Source: Gemmatimonadota bacterium (GTDB lineage: Bacteria > 4572-55 > J002). Taken from it: 46,247 bases of DNA. The stretch's first letter is position 1, and each line of letters starts with the position of its first letter. The translations under genes and the position numbers were made by a program. The notes under the pieces were generated by a model. The model worked only from the letters and a program-made list of their open reading frames with translations. It was not told the origin of the DNA and did no database searches. Shown piece after piece: positions 1 through 9,600 of this stretch. Where the stretch lies: NCBI GenBank assembly GCA_003697105.1, contig RFFQ01000168.1, positions 1-46,247 on the forward strand. Direction: 5' to 3'.

Positions 1-612
1 CCCTTGTCTTTTGAGAAATTTGACCCTGTTATTGATTCCTTCGACAATGCCATTTGAGACCCTGTTGATGAAGAAATTCAAGATATATTCTTTGTAGTTT
101 TTCAGTGTTTTCAAGAACAGTTTGACGTATACATTATTGAGGGCTTCTGCTTTCTCAATCCAGGCATTGAGTCGATTTTCGCCTTCGTCTCGCTCAAGCA
201 TTTCATCAAAGATAGCTCGGAATTCCTCTTTGAGTTGATAGACCTTTTCCAACTCTGGTGAACATTTGAAAGCCTTTTCCAGCAGTTGTTTTTCGTCGTC
301 ATAAAGCTTATCCGGATGTTTTAACAGCGCCCAGCGTAAATACTTGAGCCTGACTTCATCCGGAAATTCTTTCCGTAAAGATTTGCGGCATCTGTCCAGA
401 GCCGTATTGATGTGGTTGCTAACATGAAATCGGTCTACAACAATGACTGCGTTAGGCATTCGTTCTTTGGCAACGGAGATAAATCCATCCCACATATCAC
501 AGGAAAATACGGTGATTTGCTGTAGAAATGATTCCCCGAATTTTTCCTGCATATATTTGATAATAAAGTCCTTGTTTCTCTGTGATAGTACATCGATGAC
601 ACATGCTCGTTG
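1..612 (-). mobile_element. ISL3-family transposase fragment (5'-truncated; runs off window start)
   Basis: Not in the ORF track. Manual minus-strand translation gives QRACVIDVLSQRNK...FSCDMWDGF...VIVVDRFHV...LRWALLKHPDKL...RVSNGIVEGINNRVKFLKRQG, containing the DMW, DRFH and SNGxxEGINN motifs of ISL3 DDE transposases. An in-frame TGA lies a few codons upstream, so the N-terminal zinc-finger/HTH part and first catalytic Asp are missing. Confidence 0.9.
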
Positions 613-816
613 AGGCGTCTTTTTCAACCCTCTTCAGACATCACCGACCGGTGCTTCCCGCAAAATTCAAACAGAGACGATGGTCACCCGGCTGGTTTTT
701 TTTTGCTCAATTTCAGCTCTTTTTTCGTTTCAATAGCTGATATTCTGCGTCGAACACGTTCATTTTGCGGACGGTCTCCTTGTCAGATGGGGGGTAAAAT
801 TGGGTTTACACCTCAA
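610..816. repeat. ~205-bp imperfect nested inverted repeat (fold-back) abutting the ISL3 breakpoint
   Basis: Nested arms: TTGAGGCGT(610-618)/ACACCTCAA(808-816), TCAGACA(634-640)/TGTCAGA(781-787), GACCG(646-650)/CGGTC(772-776), CCGCAAAAT(658-666)/ATTTTGCGG(762-770), inner TCAGCT(713-718)/AGCTGA(735-740). Confidence 0.45.
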
Positions 817-833
817 AACAAATCTGATATAAT
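805..833 (+). promoter_or_regulatory. sigma70-type promoter with extended -10
   Basis: TTTACA(805-810), 17-bp spacer, TATAAT(828-833), with TG at 825-826 (TGnTATAAT). Predicted start near 840. Confidence 0.75.
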
Positions 834-844
834 GGGTCTGTCAA

Positions 845-948
845 GGGTGAAGCGTTTGCGTCGAACGGCGACGTACCGCCAACACAAAGGACGGAACGCT
901 TCACTCGCTCCCTCTGCGAGAGTCCGCGAGTCGTGTAAACGGCTCGGA
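845..948 (+). ncRNA. Candidate structured RNA / 5' leader, family unassigned
   Basis: Begins just after the predicted TSS. It has a 12-bp stem GGGTGAAGCGTT(845-856)/AACGCTTCACTC(895-906), extended by CGTC/GACG and an inner GGCG/CGCC hairpin. A second 8-bp stem CGAGTCGT(927-934)/ACGGCTCG(939-946) is capped by a GTAA (GNRA) tetraloop. Non-Watson-Crick positions read as G-U pairs on the + strand. Confidence 0.45.
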
Positions 949-1012
949 AAGTAAGATAGACATCGTTATCCCCCTTAATTTATCATCTTTTTTACCCCAA
1001 CGGAGTAGAGTG

Positions 1013-1486
1013 ATGAACGCCACCCTCATTTATTATACCCATTTTACCATTGGGATGATCATCGCGTTATATGCGATTTTAGTTTTTACCTTAGATATGC
1101 TTTCCAAAGCGCACGATCTGGATTCGGAGACCTTCAAGACGCTCAATGAGCGGCTTTTTTGGACTGTCTGGATCGGCAATTTTATTGTTCTTGCCGCCCT
1201 TCTCACCGGTGGCTATTTGGGTACACCCTATTTTAAGCTCAAATCGACATGGATTTTTGGGAAGGTACTCGGCTATCTGTTTCTGGCTGGGATCATGGGG
1301 ATGATGGGCACTCGCCTCCTGAAAAAACGGCGGAACGCCCTTGCAGCGAATGATCTACAACAGGCAGGTCACCTCTCTAACCATATCCACCGGTTTGCCT
1401 ATCTCCAATTGATAGGGGTTTTGCTGGTCATCGGATTTGCTTTCAGCCGGCGGATATTCCCGAAATTGATCCTACCCCTGTTTTGA
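1013..1486 (+). CDS. Integral membrane protein, ~4 TM helices (DUF2269/CopD/SirB-like)
   Basis: Four hydrophobic segments, an N-terminal His (YTHF), and LLTGGYL followed by WIFGKVL. GGAG at 1002-1005 lies 7 nt before ATG 1013 (the track starts at GTG 1010). Family assignment is tentative. Confidence 0.75.
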   Translation: MNATLIYYTHFTIGMIIALYAILVFTLDMLSKAHDLDSETFKTLNERLFWTVWIGNFIVLAALLTGGYLGTPYFKLKSTWIFGKVLGYLFLAGIMGMMGTRLLKKRRNALAANDLQQAGHLSNHIHRFAYLQLIGVLLVIGFAFSRRIFPKLILPLF

Positions 1487-1507
1487 GGAAACCGCACGCT
1501 TTCAGTG

Positions 1508-1569
1508 CCCCATTTGCGGACGTTGCTGGCACGGCACAGACCCGCAAATGGGGTTCGTAGCCCCGAACC
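1508..1569. repeat. Intergenic inverted repeats (REP-like hairpins)
   Basis: Perfect 12-bp IR CCCCATTTGCGG(1508-1519)/CCGCAAATGGGG(1542-1553), plus an overlapping IR GGTTCG(1552-1557)/CGAACC(1564-1569). Confidence 0.6.
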
Positions 1570-1612
1570 AAGTAAATTATGTAAATATAATTATAGAGGA
1601 TCGCCCCCTCCA

Positions 1613-2311
1613 ATGACCTTTAATCCCCCGTTGATACCGGCAACCTTGATCAAACGATACAAGCGATTTTTAGCCGATGTTATGCTGGAAAACAACAAAC
1701 CGCTTACCGTACATTGCCCCAACTCCGGTAGTATGAAAAGTTGCATCCAACCCGGATGGCACGTAATGATCAGTGACAGCCAAAACCCCAACCGTAAATA
1801 CCGTTATACCTTGGAAATGGTACATAACGGCACATGCTGGATCGGTGTCAATACAAACCGCCCCAACGCCATCGTGGAAGACGCCATTTTAGCCGGAAAC
1901 ATCCCGGAATTAAGCGGGTATGAAGAGATAAAACGGGAGGTGAAATACAGCCAGAATAGCCGGATCGATATTTTATTGAAAAAGGCAGACCAGCGGTGCT
2001 ATGTGGAGGTCAAAAATGTTACGTTAGTGGAAAATGATGGCTTTTACAAATTTCCAGATGCGGTCACCATCCGCGGGCAGAAGCATTTGCAGGATTTAGC
2101 CCAGATGGTTGCAGAAGGGCATCGCGCCGTGATGGTTTATCTCATTCAGCGGAGCGATGGCACCCTGTTTACCCCCGCCGATGCGATCGATCCGGAATAT
2201 GGCAAATTACTGAGAGAGGTACATCAAAAAGGGGTCGAAATCCTGCCCTACCGCGCAGAAGTGACCCCAGAGTGTATCCAAGTTGTGGAGAAAATCGCTC
2301 TAAAATTGTAG
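1613..2311 (+). CDS. sfsA: DNA/RNA nuclease SfsA (sugar fermentation stimulation protein A)
   Basis: Motifs LIKRYKRFLADV, HCPNSGSM, SRIDILL, YVEVKNVTL, FPDAVTIRGQKHL and IDPEYG. The 232-aa length from ATG 1613 fits the family; the track's 1505 start is over-extended. Confidence 0.95.
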   Translation: MTFNPPLIPATLIKRYKRFLADVMLENNKPLTVHCPNSGSMKSCIQPGWHVMISDSQNPNRKYRYTLEMVHNGTCWIGVNTNRPNAIVEDAILAGNIPELSGYEEIKREVKYSQNSRIDILLKKADQRCYVEVKNVTLVENDGFYKFPDAVTIRGQKHLQDLAQMVAEGHRAVMVYLIQRSDGTLFTPADAIDPEYGKLLREVHQKGVEILPYRAEVTPECIQVVEKIALKL

Positions 2312-2317
2312 GCGATC

Positions 2318-3250
2318 TTAGGGTAACACGGCGGAAAGTGAAATCCGGTGAGCATTCCCCAAATCGCTGTCGTTATCCATCATAAAGGCATAATCGAGTT
2401 TGAGCCGGTCAATATTGATACCCACACCGGCAGAGTAGATAAATCGTTTATCCACATCCACCACACGAGACAGCCCGAACCGCATCATAAACACATCTTC
2501 CAGCCCGCGGAGGGGCAGACCCAATTCGCCACCACCGGTCACCCGCTTGATCACTTCTTCTTCGCTACCCGACAGGTCTATTTCCGTCCGTAAGAAATTC
2601 AGCGGGACAAAGGCGATTCCCACCGCATACTTAAAGGGGGAACGCTGTTTTTCTTTATTTTTATCCCAGTTGACTTGCGTGAAAATATCTCGCAACATCA
2701 TCCCTAAACCAAATCGCTGATCCGGCCAAACGGAGATCCCCCCATCGACACCAAATCCGGTGGCGTTACCATCGGTTAAATCGGAATTCACCAGTAAAAA
2801 TTTGCCGGTAATCCCTGCCGAGACGTAATCGTTTAATCGGCGAGCGTAACTGTAAGAGAGGGTGTTTTCCAGCCATGATTTTTCATTCTGGTTGGCATCC
2901 GTCAGTTCGGAGGAGCCCAACGCTACCCAGCTCAACCCGGAGGCACCGGTACCGGCATCCGGCAAGGCATACGCCACATAGCCGTTATTGATGACCTCAT
3001 ACAGATTGGCATACATAAACGTCACTTCCCGCTGGGTCAGATAGCCCAATCCGGCGGGATTCCAGTACGTGGACGACGCATCATCTGCCAGCACTAAAAA
3101 CGCACCGCCCATACCTAACCCCCGCGCGCCGACACCAATCGGTGCAAATGCCCCCTCAAAATTGGAGGACGATGTCATCGAACCTTGTCCCCACCCGGCG
3201 GCAGGGCACAGCAACACAACACTGAGCAACATTACTACTAAGCTACGCAT
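2318..3250 (-). CDS. PorV/FadL-like (UPF0164-type) outer-membrane beta-barrel protein
   Basis: Signal peptide ending AGWG|Q, hallmark GVGARGLGMGGAF..LADDASSTYWNPAGL, amphipathic beta-strands, and C-terminal LKLDYAF...LGNAHRISL. SD TGGAGA lies 7 nt upstream of the ATG. Confidence 0.85.
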   Translation of the reverse strand: MRSLVVMLLSVVLLCPAAGWGQGSMTSSSNFEGAFAPIGVGARGLGMGGAFLVLADDASSTYWNPAGLGYLTQREVTFMYANLYEVINNGYVAYALPDAGTGASGLSWVALGSSELTDANQNEKSWLENTLSYSYARRLNDYVSAGITGKFLLVNSDLTDGNATGFGVDGGISVWPDQRFGLGMMLRDIFTQVNWDKNKEKQRSPFKYAVGIAFVPLNFLRTEIDLSGSEEEVIKRVTGGGELGLPLRGLEDVFMMRFGLSRVVDVDKRFIYSAGVGINIDRLKLDYAFMMDNDSDLGNAHRISLSAVLP

Positions 3251-3279
3251 GCGACTATCTCCACTTAGAAAAAGATGAA

Positions 3280-3319
3280 GGATGAAGGCAGGATCAAGTG
3301 TACGAGCCCGCCTTCATCC
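3280..3319 (-). terminator. Intercistronic stem-loop (leaky terminator or mRNA-stabilising hairpin)
   Basis: Perfect 10-bp stem GGATGAAGGC/GCCTTCATCC with a partly paired inner extension. On the minus strand it is followed by UUCAUCUUUUU, an interrupted U-tract. Confidence 0.55.
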
Positions 3320-3325
3320 GTCAGG

Positions 3326-3640
3326 TTATTGAAGCACCGCACCTACTTTTTTGTAAACATCTTCCGCACCTGAGGTGTAAGAGACGCGAATGATAAACAC
3401 ATACAGCCCATTATTAACCTTATCACCGTTGTCATTGAGACCATTCCAATCCATACTGATCGCGATACCTCGCTCAACGGAATCAAAGAAACCATCCCAC
3501 GGCACCGTCGCCACCAGATCACCCGCCGCATTGTAAATGCTGACTTCAATCTGATCAATCTGCTCTTCGGACACATCCTTGAACCGGATCAAAATTTCCT
3601 GTTCGTCATTCGGCTGCGGAATGGGACTTGCCACAAAGAC
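3326..3640 (-). other. C-terminal FlgD-Ig / T9SS-CTD-like sorting domain of the giant protein
   Basis: ...IEVSIYNAAGDLVATV...MDWNGLNDNGDKVNNGLYVFIIRVSY...KKVGAVLQ*. This matches the IYNxxGxLV / WxGxxxxGxxVxxGxY / terminal basic-hydrophobic pattern of FlgD-like T9SS CTDs. Confidence 0.75.
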
Positions 3641-6600
3641 GGCATCTTCGGTTACGCGGTAGCCGCGCATATCTTTGCCATCGGTGGTATATTGGCGATA
3701 ATTCTGACCTTCTAACTGTCCGGTCATGTATTTTCCTTCATTACCCGCACCATCAAAGACCCGCACGCGATATTTGTTCTTGCCATCGTCCATAAAGACC
3801 CAAATGTCAAACGGTACAAATTCCGCACCCTGCGCAATCGTAGCCAGATTGGTCTTAGACGGATACCACGTGCCATCTTTTGTGGCTTTTGTGACCGAAT
3901 GGGTTGAGAGGACGGGGCGGTCATAACTGCCGCCGGATGACGGACGCACGCCCGGATTATCACCCGTGAAGATCAACTGGCGCAGAACAAGCTCCCACAC
4001 ATCATCATCAACTTCACGCTCGATAAAGAGGGTCGAACCGTTTTCGACCATACCCCAGAAGTGCGCCGAATCCCCGCTGGTCTCAAAGTAGAGTTCAAAT
4101 TGCTCGTCATCCAGTGCCGGCGGCTGGTTATCAACCGTCATGACCAGACCTTCATACACCGAGATCAAGTTGCCGGTGGCACCCGCGTACATCGTAATCG
4201 GGATCGTATCCGTTACCGGCGCAACAAATCCCAGTTGGTTATTCACATCGATCACATAGGTAATGTCAAAATAGCCATTACCGTTGGGGATGATTTCCAG
4301 ATCGTCATCGACTGGGATAGGTCCGGAACTCCGCTGGAATTGGTTATCCACTCCGCTAAAGTCGATATTTAAGCCCTGCACGATCTGGTCAAACGTGTTC
4401 CAGATGGAGCGGATTTGCACCCGGTCTCCGTTTTTGTACACGCCGCGCAAACCGACCGGACGTTCATCGATAAAGTCTGTGCCACCGGGTACTACTTCCG
4501 GCGTCATGGAGGTAAAGTAGAAGGTAGAAGTAAACGGCAGACGCATATCATTCCCTAAGCGGTCGGTCAACGTGACCCGAATTGTGTACTGTCCATCAAC
4601 CGACCCATCTGCGGGCAGGGCATCATCAAACAGATAAACAAAGGTATTGTTATCACTGAACGCCGCCCGCCCTTCTACCGGACCTGCCGGACCTTCGACC
4701 GAAAAATCGTAGCCATTCACCTGATCAATGCCGACCCCCGGAATGCCATACGTGCGGGTAATATCGGTGACGGTTACTTCAACCCGGTCAAAGCTGACAT
4801 CAATATTTGCCTCATTTGCCGGAGTCACACTTGTTACCCGTGGCGGGCGCGTATCGTAGAAGAAACTGCGTGCCCCAGAGACCGTGTGTGGCGATGGTTG
4901 GGCACGATCAACCGCATCGACTTCAATGATGTACTCTCCGTTCCATTCCTCAGTGGTACCGAGAGCGCCGTCACCAATCAGCAGACTCAAACGACCGTCA
5001 CTATATTGCTTGGTACCGGCAATCTCCTGCTGGGAGCCATCCGGTAAGATGCGGATCAAGCGAATTTCCGAATTTTCCACATCAATACCGGCGCCGAGGT
5101 CTTCCAGTTCCACACTCACTTGGGTGACATCTGCTGTTTTCCAGCGGGTGATGTCGGTGGGTTGGGTTCCAACGGTATCCGCCTCCACATAGTAGCTGAG
5201 GAGTCTCGGTGCCGCGTTGTCGTAGATGAAGTGATACCGGTCGGGTACCTCCACCACATTCCCCCCGGCATCGGTCAGCGTTCCTTCGATCACATACAAA
5301 CCTTCTTCTGTGATCGGTTCGTTGCTCAAATCGATATACGCACTATCCACATCTTCATTAAAACGGAAGGTCGTGTTGGTCAGACTTCCATTCGGACCGG
5401 TAATCGAATACTCCAAGAAGGTGATTCCGGCAACCACATCCGCATAGGGATTGCTATCGGAAATTTCCAAAATCAACTGGGTAATCGGTTGTCCGTTGTT
5501 ATCCAAGCTAACCGGCTCTTCCGTGGTACGGGTGATCGGTACGGAATCGGTCTGGACATAAGCTCCGCGCACCCGCGGTGCGGTATAATCCACGATGAAC
5601 GGCACGCTGTGGTAACCAAACTCGCGTAACACCAGTGCGTAATCCCGATCCGAGATCTCCAGCAGGTGTTCTTCATATTGCTCGTAACGGCGGGCGTCCA
5701 TATCAAATTCCATCCCGGGCAGTTCTGGCTGAACGTCTGGCATATTTGGTTCGCGTTCCGGCAGGCGGATCGATTTTTCAGGGGTATTCTCCTGCAGTTC
5801 TACCGGTTCAACCGTGCCTTTGTGAACCGTGCCCGCCTCACGGATAGACTTGCCCGGTTCTGGCATGGTTTCACGCGTCACTTCATCCAGTGATTTCACC
5901 GCTACTTCTGGCTGGAATGCCAGCGCTTCCGGCACGGCTTTGGTTGCTTCAATGAGCGGCAAGCCCCGATCCGCCGGTGAAGGCGGTACTAGACCCGGTA
6001 AGACCGAGACATTGATCGAATTGCCGTTGAGGTCATTTGCCCGTACCCAAATATAATAGAGACCGTCCATCGTTCCATCGGTTTCAATTGGGTTGGGGGA
6101 TGGAACCCTTGCTCCCATCGTCACGATGTTATTCTCTTCATTGATTGAATACCCGAAGCCCACCAAGGGTATTTCACCCAAATTGGCTTTTTCGAGTTTC
6201 ATATCAAAGCTAGAGACATCAAAACCGATGTAATTTTCCGGTTGTTCATTGACCGTCACCGAGAAGCTCCCCACAATATCGGTGGTGCCCGGCGGGTTGG
6301 CATAGATGTAATGCGGTTCGGGCGAGCTTTCCGTGATGATCGCCCCTTCCACATCATAGCGATAATTGAAGCGGAAAGAGAGTGACGAACCGGTCGCACC
6401 ATTGCCCAAATTATCCACCGGCAAGACCCGCACTTGATATTCACCCAGTTCGGTAATTGCCCCGCCTGCCGGACGGAACTGAATGGCATGATAGACCGGA
6501 ATTCGCACCACCTGACCTTGAATCTGCTCCCCACTAGGACTGATCAAGACGATGTTCGAGGCATCAAAATTGACCCCCACACCCTCAAAATCATGATCGT

Positions 6601-9600
6601 ACACATCATCGCTCAAGGTGGCAACGATGGAAGTCACCGGCTCGTAAATTTGCGGTAAACCTTCAATCAGGTTGGTGGTATCGGGATAGACATAAACTCC
6701 GGTCACTGTGGGCGCTTGAGTATCGTACACAAATGTGGCGGTATCGGCACGGGTGGCGGCATTACCCAACTCATCCACCGGATGAACGTGGATTGTGTAA
6801 ACCCCATCCGCCGAACCATCCAATGGTAAAGTGGTATCAAGCTCATATTCCAGCGTAGAGGCAGAAGATGGATTCTCCGGCGAGAAGGTGCTAAAGATGA
6901 AGCGATCCCGCGCGGCAAAATCCCCTTGGCTGGAAACCGAAATCCGCAAGCCAGCCACTTCCAGTGTCGAGCCGCGTGTACCGATGGCGACTTCACCGGA
7001 GTTGGAACCAAAGACAATATAATCATTGGAATTGATAAACCGGATAACCCAATCTTCCGTGGCAAGCTCCGCTCCATCGCCCAACGGACGCACGATGATA
7101 TTCCCACCCTCAGAGCCAACGTCTGACCGGAAGACCACATTGGAGATGGTCGCCACCTCTACCGGATAAGTTTCCGGCAAGGAGACCGTTAGTGTACCAC
7201 TCAAGGTATTGCCAAACGGGTCCGTAACCCACATATCGGACGCCTCCGGATCGAGGAAGCTCTCGTTATCCATTGCTTTTGCCCGTACGGATTCCACCGG
7301 GATGTTGGTCGAATCGCCACCGCTTTCCGGCGTTGGAAAGATTGCGATTTCCGCCGGGATAGTGTACGGATGGGCGACATCCTTTGCCACGCTAAAATAG
7401 ACCGTGTCTGGGGTGGCAAGATTGCCGTTCAGGTCTTGGGTACGAACAATCATCTGGTATGTGCCATTAAAGAGCGGTCGCTCATATTCGGCAATGTGGA
7501 AGACCAGCATATCGCCAAACACCCCGGCACGCTCTAGGTCGATCACATCTGCCGGGAAGATCGAATCTCGCAGGGTGATGGTGGTGGCGTCAAAATCCAC
7601 CCCGGCCGTGTGCCAGCTAGAGCCACCATCCCGAATAATGGCATAGACACTATCCGGAGCGGTACTGTACGGTAGACCGTTATTTTCATCCGGGAAGGTC
7701 GAGATAATCGTTGGGCTAACGGTATCAAATCCATAACGGAAGTTGAACTGACTCGATCCCACATTACCGGCAACGTCTCTCAAGGTTACGCGTACCGTTA
7801 CCAGATCATCTGCTTGCGGCACGGAATCCCCAAAGGTGAAGACAACCAACGATGGACTCTGAATCGAGGTGTAGCCCAAATAGGTACGGCCTCCGGCGGT
7901 GGCGTACACATCTGCCGAATCCAGACCCGTACCGGTATAATGCAGACTATCCGAGACACTCAATTCAATTTGGGAATTGCCCGGCACTAACTCATCGATG
8001 ATCAAGGTAGGCTCGCTAAAGGAGAGTTCAACCGCATCCAACATCGCCCGGGTGGTGTATGGGGCTTGGGTATCCACCGTGAAGTAAACGGAATCCACGA
8101 CCGCCAGACTGTCCACATCACTGCCGCCGTTGCCACTCAGGTCAATCGGCTGGACAAGCATCAGATATTCACCGTCTGTCGAACCATCCGGCAGACCCAG
8201 CGCCGGCTCAGGGCGAAAACCGAGATAACTAAAGGAGCTGGTTTCGCCGACCGTGGTGAAGACAAAGTAATCTCCCGCGTTATAATCAGAGGCAAAGACG
8301 GTAAAGCGCAAGACGCCGTTATCGGTGGTAAAGAGCTGACTCACCTGACCCGTACCTTGCGAACCGGAACGGGTTCCAAACACTTGGAACCGGGTTGCCG
8401 TTTGCCCCGGTGCCGCCACCATCGTGATGATCCAATCTTCGGTTAGGACTTGAGATGGTTGAAGCATACTCACGGCGCTCATCTCCCCGCTGTTGCTGTT
8501 GACCGGCGGCATGTCGATAAATTCCGGCGAGGTTACAAATGCTTGACCGGTACTCACCCGTTCAAAATAGAAGGGCGTACCGCTAATGGGTTCCTCAGTT
8601 GCCGCATCCAGCACTTGAATTTGTTCACCCAACCGCGAGAGGTCAATACCGACACCGGCTTCTACAATCTGCGCACTGGTGGTATCCAGCGGCGCCATAT
8701 CGGCATTGACAATCGCACCGTCCACCGGATTTGTGCGGCGAATTACCGGCGCTTGGCTATCCTGCGTAATCACGAAGGAAATCGGATCCGTCTCGGTGCT
8801 GTTGCCGTTGCGGTCAGTCATTACCACCGAGAGTTCATATTGCCCGTTCAACAAAACGGGGTCAGCCGGTACAAAATAGACCGTGTCACCGGCTTCACTG
8901 TAGAACGTCACATGTGGCATTTCCAGACCTGCCGGATTGATAATCCGTAGATAAGTGGTATCCGGGTTCGTCCAGATACCCGCCGGTTCACATGATGCCG
9001 AGCCGCTGAGGTCTTGGAGAGACGCCCAGAAGCGCGGGACGCTACCACCCGGCTCAATGACCAACACTTGATATTCCACCGGGAAGGTTGCCAGTAGTTC
9101 CGGTGGGGTAGTATCAATGCCGTAATTGAACGTAATCAGCTCGGTGCGGCTGTTCCCCGCCAAGTCGGCACAAGTAACATAAACTCGCACTTCACCTTGA
9201 GTTTCCGGTACGGTGAGGAAAGCATATTGCAGTTCATTTAGATTCACTTCCACCAGATCAAGCGCCATGCTATCGCCATCTGCCGGCAGGAAGGAGGCAC
9301 TCACAACCACGTCCGCCACATTGAACCCAGAGCCGGCAAACTCACCAACGGCATCACTGATTGCCAGATCAAGAATGGTTTCATTGGGGAGGATTTCCAG
9401 ACAGATGTCATCCCCATTTTCAAAGGGAATACCACCCAATTGTTGATCCGATACGTGCGGCGCTTGGGTGTCATAAATGAACGGCAAGGTCAGCAGTTCT
9501 GCCTGATTGCCATTCACATCCACCGGTTGCACCTGAATGGTGTAATTGCCATCATCGGAGCCATCCAAGGCGAACGGTTCTTGCAGCATCCACGTCAAGG

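Noticed and set aside
111-302. 63-aa minus-strand ORF
   Set aside because: It is an off-frame shadow of the ISL3 transposase frame.
752-761. GAAC-AC-GTTC as a LexA box
   Set aside because: The spacer is 2 nt, whereas the Gram-positive-type SOS box needs GAAC-N4-GTTC.
713-763. 16-codon minus-strand ORF MNVFDAEYQLLKRKKS with upstream AAGGAG
   Set aside because: SD spacing is 12 nt and the ORF is too short to support without conservation data.
610-954. 114-aa plus-strand ORF
   Set aside because: It has a TTG start and non-protein-like sequence, and it runs across a clear promoter and RNA hairpins.
1505-1612. N-terminal extension of sfsA
   Set aside because: It overlaps intergenic hairpins, and family similarity begins at MTFNPPL.
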